Origin: Sphingomonadales bacterium UBA6171
Lineage (GTDB): Bacteria; Pseudomonadota; Alphaproteobacteria; Sphingomonadales; Sphingomonadaceae
Assembly (NCBI GenBank): GCA_002422985.1
Contig: DITZ01000048.1
Location: 15,858-79,857, forward strand
Reading direction: 5' to 3'
Length of the DNA: 64,000 nt
The translations under genes were made by a program, and so were the position numbers. Each line of letters starts with the position of its first letter. The stretch's first letter is position 1. Below, one piece after another: positions 19,502 to 29,879 of this stretch. Below the pieces are notes generated by a model, which saw only the letters and a list, made by a program, of their open reading frames with translations, was not told the origin of the DNA and searched no databases.

Positions 19502-20652
19502 TATCGCAACCCCATTCCACGCGCGATGATGCCTCTTAATATCTCGCGCGTTCCGCCTCTCAGAGAAAAGCTCGGACAGATCATCTCGATATAAGCCAAT
19601 GTCCGGCACAGATCCGGATCGACCGCTTCCTCGGGATGACACGCCAGGTCATCGCCCACGATGCGGGGAATGTCCTGTTCGAACGCCGTGCCGAGATCCT
19701 TGACCATCGAGGCTTCAACGACAGGGCTTTCTCCGGCCGCCAGCTGCGCCGTGCAGGCGAGCGACATGGCGCGCAAACTGGCGAATCGCGCGACCAGCGA
19801 CCCCAGGGTGCGGGCGGTCGCTTCGTCGGTGCGCCCGGATTTCCGCACATGCTGGCGCCAGCCGTCCAGCAACAGCAGAGATGAGTAGATGCGTTCAGGG
19901 CCGCTTCTTTCAAAGGCGAGCTCGGCGACCACCTGTTGCCAGCCCTTTCCTTCCTCGCCAATCAGCGCGGAACTATCCAGTTCCACATTGTCGAAGAAAA
20001 CCTCCGCGAAATGCTCGTCGCCGGCGAGATCCCTGATCGGCCGGATGACCACGCCCGGCAGGCGCAGGTCCACGATCAACTGGGAAAGGCCGTTGTGCCG
20101 ATCGTCCGGCGTGCCGGAGGTGCGAACCAGCGCGATCATATAATCCGAATATGTGGCGTTGGTGGTCCAGATTTTCTGGCCGTTGAGGCGCCAGCCCTTG
20201 CCGATGGGCTCGGCCCTGGACCGGACACTGGCAAGGTCGGAACCCGCATTGGGTTCGCTCATGCCGATGCAGAAAAACAGCTCGCCGCGGCAGATGCCGG
20301 GAATATATTTGCGGCGCTGGGCTTCGGTGCCGAACTTCAGCAGCAGCGGCGCGCTCTGACGTTCGGCAATCCAGTGGGCCGCAACCGGCGCGCCGGCCGA
20401 AAGCAGTTCTTCCACGATCACAAAGCGCGCGAAGGGGCCGCGCCCGCCGCCGCCATAGTCTTCCGGCAGCGTCAGCCCGATAAGCCCGGCGTGGCCCAAC
20501 CGGCGGCTGAATTCGGCATCGAAACCCATCCAGGAGCGCGCGCGCCGGTCCATCGGCATATTGGCCACCGCTTGTGCCGCAAGGTCGCGCGCGCGGGCGC
20601 GCAACGCCTCATCCGCTTCCGGAATGTCGGAAAGAGCAAAGGAACTGAACAT
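19501..20652 (-). CDS. Acyl-CoA dehydrogenase
   Basis: IGMSEPNAGSDLAS, NGQKIWTT, AFERSG, RGGTREI; alternative start at 20712. Confidence 0.93.
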   Translation of the reverse strand: MFSSFALSDIPEADEALRARARDLAAQAVANMPMDRRARSWMGFDAEFSRRLGHAGLIGLTLPEDYGGGGRGPFARFVIVEELLSAGAPVAAHWIAERQSAPLLLKFGTEAQRRKYIPGICRGELFFCIGMSEPNAGSDLASVRSRAEPIGKGWRLNGQKIWTTNATYSDYMIALVRTSGTPDDRHNGLSQLIVDLRLPGVVIRPIRDLAGDEHFAEVFFDNVELDSSALIGEEGKGWQQVVAELAFERSGPERIYSSLLLLDGWRQHVRKSGRTDEATARTLGSLVARFASLRAMSLACTAQLAAGESPVVEASMVKDLGTAFEQDIPRIVGDDLACHPEEAVDPDLCRTLAYIEMICPSFSLRGGTREILRGIIARGMGLR

Positions 20653-20793
20653 GGAAGAGGCGCACCCCCTGAAAGCGTTTGGCACGCTTGTTTTACTGCC
20701 CACTGCATCCATCGCGATTGTGGTTGCGGATATAGCGATGGCTTGGCTAAAGACCGAATCCGGCTAAAATGTCAACATGGAGTAAAATTGGCG

Positions 20794-21594
20794 ATGAGCG
20801 AATTTCTGCAGATTGCCCGCGAAGGACCCGTGGTTGTTGCTACCCTCAACCGGCCCGAGCAGCGCAACGCCATCTCCACGCATGAGGACAGCAGGGAGAT
20901 TGAGGAATTCTGTCGCGCGATGACCGGGGACCATCGTGTCAGGGCAATCGTGCTGACCGGTGCCGGCGCGGCTTTCTGCGCCGGCGGCAATGTCAAGGAT
21001 ATGGCGTCCAGGCAGGGAATGTTCGCCGGCAGTCCGTTTGAACTGCGCAATCGCTATCGGCTTGGTATTCAAAGGATTCCGCTTTCCCTGTACGAGCTGG
21101 AAATTCCCCTGGTTGCGGCGGTCAACGGGCCGGCGATTGGCGCCGGGCTTGATCTCGCCTGCATGTGTGACGTGCGAATAGCCTCGAAATCGGCAACATT
21201 CGCCGAGAGTTTCGTCAAACTGGGCATTATTCCGGGCGATGGCGGCGCCTGGTTCCTGCCGCGCATCATCGGCATGGCGCGCGCAAGCCTCATGACCTTG
21301 ACCGGAGACGCGATTGATGCCGCGACCGCGCTTGAATATGGGCTGGTGAGCGAGGTGGTGGAGCCGGAAGCCTGTCTTGATCGCGCCCTGAATATCGCCG
21401 GCCGCATCGCGGCGAACCCCGGCCATGCGACACGCATGGCAAAACGCCTTCTTCGGGAAGGTCAGGACATGAAGTTGGGTCCGCTTCTGGAAATGTCCGC
21501 CGCTTTTCAGGCCTTGTCGCACCACACGGCCGATCATGTTGAGGCCGTCGATGCCTTTGTGGCAAAACGCCGGCCCATATGGACCGACAAATAG
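20794..21594 (+). CDS. Enoyl-CoA hydratase/isomerase (crotonase family)
   Basis: LNRPEQRNAI, AFCAGGNV, AAVNGPAIGAG, ESFVKLGIIPGDGG. Confidence 0.94.
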   Translation: MSEFLQIAREGPVVVATLNRPEQRNAISTHEDSREIEEFCRAMTGDHRVRAIVLTGAGAAFCAGGNVKDMASRQGMFAGSPFELRNRYRLGIQRIPLSLYELEIPLVAAVNGPAIGAGLDLACMCDVRIASKSATFAESFVKLGIIPGDGGAWFLPRIIGMARASLMTLTGDAIDAATALEYGLVSEVVEPEACLDRALNIAGRIAANPGHATRMAKRLLREGQDMKLGPLLEMSAAFQALSHHTADHVEAVDAFVAKRRPIWTDK

Positions 21595-21717
21595 CCGATA
21601 TTCCGGCGCGCCGCTTCGCAAAGCCAGTGCAAGGCCCCGGTTTGACCATAAATATGATACGCGATATATTATTAGGCTCAGGCTCGGCGGCAGCTATGGG
21701 CGGGGCCTGGCTGAAGC

Positions 21718-22944
21718 ATGAAAGGTCAGTTGCCATTGGATATTGAACTGGCCCCGGAGGATCAGGAATTTCGCCGGGAAGTGCTGGCTTTCCTGCATCA
21801 GCATCTGTCGGAGGATGTTCGCCGCGCGAGCCGCTTGTCCACCGGCGTATTCGTCGATCCGCCATGGTCAAGGGAATGGCATCAGGCGCTGTATCAGAAG
21901 GGCTGGATTACCTATGCCTGGCCGCAGGCCTATGGCGGATGTGGCTGGTCTCCCACGCAGCGCTATATCTATGAGAGCGAGGCATCACTTTGTGGCGCGC
22001 CGGCCGTCGCGCCGATGGGAATCAATCTGGTGGGGCCGGTCATCTGCGAATATGGTTCAGCATGGCAGCGGCAATTCTATCTGCCGCGCATCCGGTCGGG
22101 TGAAGATTATTGGTGTCAGGGCTTTTCCGAGCCGGGCGCCGGTTCGGACCTTTCCAGCCTGAAAACCAGAGCCGTGCGGGACGGTGATCATTATATCGTC
22201 ACCGGGGAGAAAATCTGGACGACCCATGCGCATTTCGCGAATATGATCTTCGTGCTGGCGCGCACCTCGCAGGAGGAAAAGCAGCAGCAGGGGATCAGCT
22301 TTCTCCTCATCGACATGACATCACCGGGTGTTTCGGTTCAACCGATCATGACTCTTGCCGGTGATCATGAAGTGAATCAGGTGTTTTTCGACGCGGTGCG
22401 CGTGCCGGTCGAAAACCTCGTTGGCGAAGAAGGCAGGGGCTGGAGTCAGGCCAAATATCTTCTCGAATATGAACGGGGCGGCGGCGCGCCATCCGTTCGA
22501 TCGCGCCTGGCACTTGAGCGCTTCAGGAATATCCTGCGCAACGAAGCCGGCGACTCCCCGGGCAGGCTGTTGATCCACGAAAAGGACATGCAGTTTCGAT
22601 TGGGCGAGCTTGAGGCGCGGGTGATGGCGCTTGAGCTGCTGGACATGCGGCAGGTGGCAAAGCGTCAGGCGGGGGAGCGTCTGGGATCAACCGCCTCGAT
22701 CGTCAAAACACTCGCCTCGGAACTGCTGCAGGAGATTGAAAAGGCTGGGGTGGAAGCGCTCGGGTCCCATGCGCTGCCGGCGATGGAATTTGCCGGTCCG
22801 GCCTTTGCGGTTTCCAATCAGGCGCCGGTGCCGGAACATGGCTGGGCGATCATCGGGCGGCATCTGAATGGTCTGGCGGGCACGATTTTTGGTGGCGCGT
22901 CTGAAATCCAGCGCGAAGTCATCTCCAAGGATCTGGTTCGATAA
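21718..22944 (+). CDS. Acyl-CoA dehydrogenase (PimC-like large subunit)
   Basis: WCQGFSEPGAGSDLSSL, EKIWTT, LEYERGG, FGGASEIQR. Confidence 0.93.
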   Translation: MKGQLPLDIELAPEDQEFRREVLAFLHQHLSEDVRRASRLSTGVFVDPPWSREWHQALYQKGWITYAWPQAYGGCGWSPTQRYIYESEASLCGAPAVAPMGINLVGPVICEYGSAWQRQFYLPRIRSGEDYWCQGFSEPGAGSDLSSLKTRAVRDGDHYIVTGEKIWTTHAHFANMIFVLARTSQEEKQQQGISFLLIDMTSPGVSVQPIMTLAGDHEVNQVFFDAVRVPVENLVGEEGRGWSQAKYLLEYERGGGAPSVRSRLALERFRNILRNEAGDSPGRLLIHEKDMQFRLGELEARVMALELLDMRQVAKRQAGERLGSTASIVKTLASELLQEIEKAGVEALGSHALPAMEFAGPAFAVSNQAPVPEHGWAIIGRHLNGLAGTIFGGASEIQREVISKDLVR

Positions 22945-22997
22945 GCCATCCCCGCTCCCGACTCCGTCACACCGGGTCAGAACGGGTGGAATCCGTG

Positions 22998-24131
22998 CTA
23001 ACCGGTTGACGATGAAAGTCTGGCCAGTCGCAGAGCATGTTCCCGGTTGTTGCCATACATCTGCTGCAAAGTGAGTCCGCGCTTATAATGGTGCGAGAGT
23101 TCATATTCGTCCGTCAATCCGATGCCCCCATGGAGCTGAATTGACTGTTTACCAATAATATCAAAGGCTTTAGCAATCGTTACCTTGGCAGCGGAAATCA
23201 GTTTTGCCGCGTGACGGGTTCCCGCCGGAACGATGCCCAGCCCGGCGACGACACTTTGTGCCAGTTCATAATGCATGAGCATTTCAGCCAGGCGGTGGCG
23301 GACGACCTGATTTGCGGCGAGCGTACGCCCGAATTGCACCCGAACATTGGTATAGTCTTTCGTCAGCTCGAACATCCGCCGCAAAATACCCAGGCTCTCG
23401 GCGACCACCGCGCGCGCGCCGCTGTCATAGATGCTGTCGATCGCGCGCCTTGCGGCAGCACCGCGCACAACCATTGCTTCGGATGGCAATGGCGTGTTTT
23501 CGAACAGGATATCCGCAGCCATCGTGCCATCGATAAGCCTGTAAGGCCGGGTTGAAACGCCTTCACTTTCTGTCGGCACCAGCAATAATATCAGACCATT
23601 CTCAATGCCCTCCTGCGAGAGTAAGGCGCTGACAAGCAGAAAATCTGCCTCCGGATAGGAAACGACCTGCTTGCTGCCGGATAACAGGACATTCCCGCCA
23701 TCGATCGTCGCCCGGCTGGCGATCGCGGCAGCCTCGAACCGCTTTGTGCCTTCCGAAAGCGCAATGGCGACGGTCTTGCTTCCCGCCTGCATCTCGGCAG
23801 CCAGGGCTCGCGCCCGATTCGGGTCGTCGAATTGCCCGAGCGCTACCGCAGCGATGGCAATATTCTCCGAAAATGGCTCGACGGCCAGCCGGTAGCCCAA
23901 TTCTGCCTGCACGGCGGCGATTTCCGCGGCTGTGCCGCCAAGGCCGCCCAATTCCCTGGGGATTGGCAGAGCCAGCACCCCCAGATCAGCCAGTGCCGCC
24001 CAGTTTGCCGGCGCATAGCCGCGACACTGCTCCAGAAACCGCTGCCGCTGCCCGACGGAATATCTGTCCGCGAGAAACCTGGCGACGGTTTCGCGGTACA
24101 TCGCCTGCTCTTCGGTAGGTTCGAAATTCAT
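22998..24131 (-). CDS. Acyl-CoA dehydrogenase (PimD-like small subunit)
   Basis: MNFEPTEEQ, RVQFGRTL..NQVVRHRLAEM, IQLHGGIGLTDEY. Confidence 0.9.
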   Translation of the reverse strand: MNFEPTEEQAMYRETVARFLADRYSVGQRQRFLEQCRGYAPANWAALADLGVLALPIPRELGGLGGTAAEIAAVQAELGYRLAVEPFSENIAIAAVALGQFDDPNRARALAAEMQAGSKTVAIALSEGTKRFEAAAIASRATIDGGNVLLSGSKQVVSYPEADFLLVSALLSQEGIENGLILLLVPTESEGVSTRPYRLIDGTMAADILFENTPLPSEAMVVRGAAARRAIDSIYDSGARAVVAESLGILRRMFELTKDYTNVRVQFGRTLAANQVVRHRLAEMLMHYELAQSVVAGLGIVPAGTRHAAKLISAAKVTIAKAFDIIGKQSIQLHGGIGLTDEYELSHHYKRGLTLQQMYGNNREHALRLARLSSSTG

Positions 24132-24412
24132 GCCAATCCCAAAAAGAGCCTAGTATATAATTTTGATGCCGCGCTTTCACCGCCTTGGCAAGAGTTTTAC
24201 CGGCCCGGCCCTCGTTGCTCTGCTGCGCGGGTGGATCGCCAGCTGATAACAGCATCGCGAAGGATGGCGATGAAATATAGCCACCGACCCGACCTGCCGC
24301 GCATCAAAAGTATCACAGTGAATATTTAGCCTTGCAGTCAGGCTCGGCTGTCGGTAGTCTCACCGGCAATAAGAATATGCGCACCAGGTGCCGGCCGGAG
24401 AGAGGGGAGGAC

Positions 24413-26365
24413 ATGAAGGCTCTTGAGCCGATCTCGATCGCGGGCGTTGAAATTCCGAACAGGGTGGTGCGCACCGCGCACTCAACGCATTTCGGCAATG
24501 GTGGAATTGTCCCCGGTCTCATCGACTATCATGTTGAACGGGCGCGCGGCGGCGTCGGCCTGACGATACTCGAGATCGCGGGGGTGCATCCCAGCTGCCC
24601 GGCTTCGATCTGCAATTTCGATGATTCGATAATCGAAGGCTATGAGCAGCTGATGCGGGCCATCCGGCCCCATGGCATGCGGGTGTTCCAGCAATTATGG
24701 CATGCCGGACATAACGGCATCCCGATGGACGGCGGGCCGCCATGGTCCTCCTGCGATCTTCCCAGCCCTGTCCTCGGTATCGTGCCGATCGCGATGAGCC
24801 GGTCCCGGATCGCAGAGGTGGTGGAAGCTTTCGCTGCGGCGGCAGAGCGCTGCAAAAGGGGCGGGATCGACGGGGTGGAGCTGCATGGCTCGCATGGCTA
24901 TCTGCCGCAGCAATTCATGTCCGCCATGCTCAACCGGCGGGAGGACGACTATGGCGGCAGCTTCGAAAACCGGATGCGCTTCACCGTCGAAGTGCTGGCG
25001 GCCATCCGCGAGCGGGTCGGGCCCGGCTATCCCGTAGGCATCCGTCTCAGCCCCGAAATCGTGGATGGGGGCATGACGCCGGAGGAAACGGCCCGCGCGG
25101 CCCGCTATCTTGAAGAAAGGGGGCTGATCGATTTCCTCGACGTATCGATGGGCGGCTATTTCGCCTTTCCCAAGATGATCGGCGGCATGTTCGAGCCGGC
25201 CGGCTATGAGCTGGCGACCAGCGCACCCGTCACTGCGGCGGTTAAGGTACCACGCATCGTCACAGGCCGGTTTCGCACGCTTGAGGAGGTGAGCCAGGTC
25301 ATTGCCGAGGGAACGGCGGACCTGGTCGGCATGACGCGCGCGCATATTGCCGATCCGGCGATCATCCGCAAAACCCGCGAGGGGAGGGAGGCGGAAATCC
25401 GCCCCTGTATCGGCTGCAATCAGGGCTGTGTCGGTATGCTGCTCGGCCCGGAACGGCGGATGGGGTGCACGGTCAATCCCTATATCGGCCGGGAAGGCGA
25501 GGTGAACGATGATCGTCTGCCACCCGCAGACGCGAAACGAAAGCTGCTGGTCATCGGCGGCGGACCGGCGGGCATGGAGGCGGCGCGGGTGGCCCGGCTG
25601 CGGGGCCATGACGTCGTCCTTGCTGAAGCGGCGCCCCGGCTTGGCGGCCAGGTCAGGATCGCGGCGCTTGCCCCCCGGCATCAGGCGATCGGCGATTACA
25701 CGCTGTGGCAGGAAACGGAAATCTATCGCCTGGGCGTGGATGTGCAGCTCAGCACCCCGCTGGATGGCGCGGATATCGACAGTTTCGGCGCAGACCATGT
25801 GATCATCGCCACCGGCTCCAATCCGCGCATGGACGGGGTGCAGATGGCCATTCCCGCCCGCCCGATGAAAGGCATCGACCATCCCGATGCCATCTCGTCG
25901 ATCGCGTTTTTCCAGCATCGGCATAATAGCTGCCCGGCAAGCGCGATCGTCGTCGATGATGTCGGCCATTATGAGGGCATTGCCGTGGCAGAAGCGCTGA
26001 TCGAGCGCGGTTCGGATGTCACCTTCGTCACCCGCCACAAGGCCTTTGCCCATCTGCTCGAATCGGCGCTGCAACCCGAGCCGGCGCTGGAACGGCTGAA
26101 CCGCGGGAATTTTCGCCTGTATTTGCGGTCGCATGTGGAGTCCTTCGACGGCTCCGGGGCGGTTGTGCGGCCTTTGCACGGCGGCGGCACAATCAGCGTC
26201 CGGGCGGAATTGGCGGTCATGGTCAGTCACAACCGGCCCGCAATCGAACCATTTGCAGACATAGTGAAAACCAGACCCGACATCTCCATCGTCGGGGACG
26301 CCAACAGTCCACGCTTTCTTCTTCGCGCGATTGCGGAAGGAAACCGGGCCGGCTGTCTTGCATGA
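24413..26365 (+). CDS. NADH:flavin oxidoreductase (OYE barrel + Fe-S + FAD domain; 2,4-dienoyl-CoA reductase-like)
   Basis: ELHGSHGYL, NRREDDYGGSFENR, CIGCNQGC..CTVNP, VIGGGPAGMEAA; strong RBS. Confidence 0.92.
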   Translation: MKALEPISIAGVEIPNRVVRTAHSTHFGNGGIVPGLIDYHVERARGGVGLTILEIAGVHPSCPASICNFDDSIIEGYEQLMRAIRPHGMRVFQQLWHAGHNGIPMDGGPPWSSCDLPSPVLGIVPIAMSRSRIAEVVEAFAAAAERCKRGGIDGVELHGSHGYLPQQFMSAMLNRREDDYGGSFENRMRFTVEVLAAIRERVGPGYPVGIRLSPEIVDGGMTPEETARAARYLEERGLIDFLDVSMGGYFAFPKMIGGMFEPAGYELATSAPVTAAVKVPRIVTGRFRTLEEVSQVIAEGTADLVGMTRAHIADPAIIRKTREGREAEIRPCIGCNQGCVGMLLGPERRMGCTVNPYIGREGEVNDDRLPPADAKRKLLVIGGGPAGMEAARVARLRGHDVVLAEAAPRLGGQVRIAALAPRHQAIGDYTLWQETEIYRLGVDVQLSTPLDGADIDSFGADHVIIATGSNPRMDGVQMAIPARPMKGIDHPDAISSIAFFQHRHNSCPASAIVVDDVGHYEGIAVAEALIERGSDVTFVTRHKAFAHLLESALQPEPALERLNRGNFRLYLRSHVESFDGSGAVVRPLHGGGTISVRAELAVMVSHNRPAIEPFADIVKTRPDISIVGDANSPRFLLRAIAEGNRAGCLA

Positions 26366-26429
26366 CATATTGATACTGGAATCCGATGGTGCAGTCGCCG
26401 CCAAATGAATTGATAGAAAGAGGGTTGCT

Positions 26430-27674
26430 ATGACTTCTGTGGAACAGGATACGGACCTCACCCGGATGGATTTTTCGAATCCTAAGGTACTGGAATGTCC
26501 CTATCCCTTTTACAAGAGCATGCGGGAGCAGGCGCCCGCCTATTTCGCGGAGCGGCTCGGCTTCTGGATCATCACCCGCTACGACGACTGCCTGAAAGCC
26601 ATCCGCGATCCGCAGGTCTTTTCCAGCAAGATGGGGTTTCGCCCCGGCTCCGTTCCCGACGAGGTGATGCGCATCTACGACGAGGAAGGCTTTGGCGACC
26701 TTCCCGACACGTTGGTCAGCAACGACCCGCCCTCGCACACCCGCTATCGCAAGCTGGTCGACCGCGCCTTTACCGCCGGCCGCGTGCGGCAGATGGAAGA
26801 GTATATGGTCGTGGTCGTCAGGGAACTGATCGACAATTTTATCGAGGATGGACGTCTCTCGGTGATGCGGGACTTCGCAATCCCCGTTCCCATGTATGTG
26901 ATTGCCGACCAGCTGGGCGTTCCGCGCAGCCACCGGGACAAGTTCAAGGAATGGTCGGATGCCGCCGTTGCGCCGCTCGGCCTGCTGCTGTCCGACGAGC
27001 GGAAAATCGAATGCGCCAAACTCGCCGTCGAAATGCAGCATTATTTCGTCGAAGTTTTTGCCGATCGCCGGGCGAACCCGCTCGATGACATGATCTCGGA
27101 CCTGGTCACCAAGGAGATTGACGGAACGCCGCTGAGCACGCTGGAACTGCTGTCGATCCTCAATCAGCTGCTCGTCGCCGGCAATGAAACCACGACCAGT
27201 GCCATCGCCGCCTCTGTGGTGCGCCTGTCGCAGGACCCGGACCTGACCGAACTGCTCGCGAGGGAGCCGGGCAAATGCGACAATTTCGCCGAGGAAATCC
27301 TGCGTCATGAATCGCCCGTCCAGGGTTTGTTCCGCATGACCATGGCAGATGCCGAAATCGCCGGCGTCACCATTCCCAAAGGCAGTCTGGTGAACCTTCG
27401 CTATGGATCGGCGAACCGCGACGAGCGAAAATATGAATGCCCCGAAACATTCGATGTGGATCGCGCCAATGCCTCATCGCATCTGGCCTTTGGCGCCGGC
27501 ATCCACCACTGCATCGGGGCCCAGCTGGCGCGGCGCGAGATCGCCATCGCCGTGCGCGAGCTGACGGCCCGGCTGAAGGACATACGCCTCGTCGAGCCGG
27601 AGAGGCTTACGCATGCGCCCAGCCTGATCCTGCGGGCTCTCAATGGATTCGAAATCCAATTCTCGAAGCGCTGA
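26430..27674 (+). CDS. Cytochrome P450
   Basis: AGNETT I-helix, EEILR, heme motif FGAGIHHCIG. Confidence 0.96.
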   Translation: MTSVEQDTDLTRMDFSNPKVLECPYPFYKSMREQAPAYFAERLGFWIITRYDDCLKAIRDPQVFSSKMGFRPGSVPDEVMRIYDEEGFGDLPDTLVSNDPPSHTRYRKLVDRAFTAGRVRQMEEYMVVVVRELIDNFIEDGRLSVMRDFAIPVPMYVIADQLGVPRSHRDKFKEWSDAAVAPLGLLLSDERKIECAKLAVEMQHYFVEVFADRRANPLDDMISDLVTKEIDGTPLSTLELLSILNQLLVAGNETTTSAIAASVVRLSQDPDLTELLAREPGKCDNFAEEILRHESPVQGLFRMTMADAEIAGVTIPKGSLVNLRYGSANRDERKYECPETFDVDRANASSHLAFGAGIHHCIGAQLARREIAIAVRELTARLKDIRLVEPERLTHAPSLILRALNGFEIQFSKR

Positions 27675-27690
27675 GAGCCGGGGTGCCGAT

Positions 27691-29118
27691 ATGAGCTACG
27701 ACTATGATGTAATCGTGATCGGTGGCGGCGGCGCCGGCATGGCGGCCGCCATCACGGCCTGCGATTCCGGCGCGCGCGTGGCGCTGCTGGAAGCAGCGGA
27801 CCAGCTCGGCGGATCGACGGCCCTGTCGGGCGGGGTGGTCTATGGCGCCCCGACCAGCGTCCAGCGGGCCGCCGGCATCAACGACGACAGCGTCGATGCC
27901 ATGTTCGAATATTATATGACCCTGAACCAGCACAAGGTGGAACCGGCCATCGTCAGGCGGCTGTGCGAATTGTCCGGCCCGGCGATCGAATGGCTCATCG
28001 CGATGGGGGTCGAATATGATCCGGCCGATCTTTACGCCTCGGGTGTGGAAAGCGTCGCACGGGGCCACAAGACCAAGGGCAATGGCGCTGCGCTGGCAGA
28101 GGCGCTGGACCGCGAGGTCAGCCGCCGCCCCGTCGACGTTTCGCGTGGCTGCCGCGTCACCGCGCTGCATCGGGACGAACAGGGGGCTGTCCGCGGCGTT
28201 ATCCTCGATGGCGAGACCGTCAGCGCCCATAGCGTCATCATCGCCACGGGTGGCTTTGGTCACAACCGGCTGCTGCTGAACCGCCATTATCCCGAAGCCG
28301 CCAGGCACGGCGACTGGACCTGGGCGATCACCGCCAAAACCTGCACCGGCGATGGCCTGTTGATGGGCCAGGAGGTCGGCGCGGATATTGCCGGTCATAA
28401 TCGCGGGCTGCTGCTGACGACACCCGGCTTCTATCGCGATCTCGAAGTCTTCGTCCCCGGCTGGCTGGTCTATGTCAACCGCGAAGGGCGCCGGTTCATC
28501 GACGAGACCACCGAATATGCAGTGATGGCCGGCGTCGTGAACGACCAGCTTGGCGGAACGGTCTTTGCCATCTTTGACGATCATGCGCGCGCCACGGCCG
28601 TGCCGGAGCCTCGCTATGCCGCAGCGCACAAGGCCGGCATCATCACGCTGAACTGGGTGACCGACAAGATCGACGAACAGATCGCGAAGGGCAAGGTCAT
28701 CAAGGCCCAAAGTCTGGCCGAACTCGCCGACCGGGTCGGGATCGAGAGCGCCGCGCTGGAAACCACGATCGCCCGCTATAATGCCGATTGCGAAAAAGGG
28801 GTGGACAGCAGGTTCCACAAGGACGGCACGCTGATGAAGCCCGTCGCCCAACCGCCCTTCTATGCCGCGGAAATCCGCCCGGCGATTGTCTGCCTCACCT
28901 CGACCGGTCTGCGGGTGGACGAGGACATGCACGTTCTGGACCGCGCCGATCGCCCCATCACCGGGCTTTTCTCTGCCGGAGAAGTGTCGGGCGGCGTTCT
29001 GGGCGACCGATATATCGGCGGCGGCAATTCGATCGCCAACGCCATTGTTTTCGGTCGTGTCGCGGGTGCGCAGGCGGCGCGCGAAGCGGGCCTTGGATCG
29101 GATGGGGAGCAGGCATGA
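27691..29118 (+). CDS. FAD-dependent oxidoreductase (KstD / fumarate-reductase flavoprotein family)
   Basis: IGGGGAG, GGSTALSGG, IATGGF, GRRFIDE, GLFSAGE, YIGGGNSI. Confidence 0.85.
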   Translation: MSYDYDVIVIGGGGAGMAAAITACDSGARVALLEAADQLGGSTALSGGVVYGAPTSVQRAAGINDDSVDAMFEYYMTLNQHKVEPAIVRRLCELSGPAIEWLIAMGVEYDPADLYASGVESVARGHKTKGNGAALAEALDREVSRRPVDVSRGCRVTALHRDEQGAVRGVILDGETVSAHSVIIATGGFGHNRLLLNRHYPEAARHGDWTWAITAKTCTGDGLLMGQEVGADIAGHNRGLLLTTPGFYRDLEVFVPGWLVYVNREGRRFIDETTEYAVMAGVVNDQLGGTVFAIFDDHARATAVPEPRYAAAHKAGIITLNWVTDKIDEQIAKGKVIKAQSLAELADRVGIESAALETTIARYNADCEKGVDSRFHKDGTLMKPVAQPPFYAAEIRPAIVCLTSTGLRVDEDMHVLDRADRPITGLFSAGEVSGGVLGDRYIGGGNSIANAIVFGRVAGAQAAREAGLGSDGEQA

Positions 29119-29879
29119 TGGCGGATTTATTCTCGCTGGATGGCAAGGTGGCGCTCGTCACCGGCGCGGCACGGGGCATCGGCCGCGAAATCGCCGCCCG
29201 GCTGGCGCAAGCCGGGGCGCAGGTGCTGCTCAGCGACGTTGAACCGCAGCTTGGCCCCGAGGCCGCCGCTGCGATTGCCGGCAGCGCCTATCACAATCTC
29301 GACGTCACGGTGCAAGCGCAATGGGAGGACATCATCCAGACCATTGGCGACCAGCATGGTCGTCTCGACATTCTCGTCAATAATGCCGGAATCAGTCCGG
29401 CCGGCAATATCGAGCAGAGCAATCTGGATTTGTGGCGACGGGTGCAGACCATCAATGTGGAGAGCGTGTTTCTCGGCTGCCGCACCGCGCTGCCGCTGAT
29501 GCGCCAATCCGGCGACGGCGGTTCGATCATCAATCTCAGTTCGATTCAAGCCCTGCGCCCCGCCGCCGAGCTGGCTGCCTATTCCGCGTCGAAGGCCGCC
29601 GTGCGGGCGTTGACCAAGTCGGTGGCGCTCCACGCTGCCAAAGACCGGATACGCTGCAATTCCGTGCACCCGGGCGGGGTGCATACCCGCATGCTCGACG
29701 ATTTCGCCGCGCTGACCGGTGATGCGGAAGCGGCGCTGGTCAGGCTGAATGCCGCAAACCCGCTTGGGCGGGTGGGCAGGCCGCTCGATATTGCCAATGG
29801 CGTTCTCTATCTCGCCTCCGACCTCTCGGCCTGGGTCACCGGCCTCGAACTGGTGATCGATGGAGGCTCAACCCTGTGA
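29115..29879 (+). CDS. Short-chain dehydrogenase/reductase
   Basis: TGAARGIG, NNAG, YSASK, NSVHPG. Confidence 0.93.
   Translation: MMADLFSLDGKVALVTGAARGIGREIAARLAQAGAQVLLSDVEPQLGPEAAAAIAGSAYHNLDVTVQAQWEDIIQTIGDQHGRLDILVNNAGISPAGNIEQSNLDLWRRVQTINVESVFLGCRTALPLMRQSGDGGSIINLSSIQALRPAAELAAYSASKAAVRALTKSVALHAAKDRIRCNSVHPGGVHTRMLDDFAALTGDAEAALVRLNAANPLGRVGRPLDIANGVLYLASDLSAWVTGLELVIDGGSTL

Noticed and set aside
24154-24315. Distant inverted repeat TTTTGATGC (24161) / GCATCAAAA (24301)
   Set aside because: Only 9 bp, 130 bp apart, with no target-site duplication; too weak to call a MITE or operator
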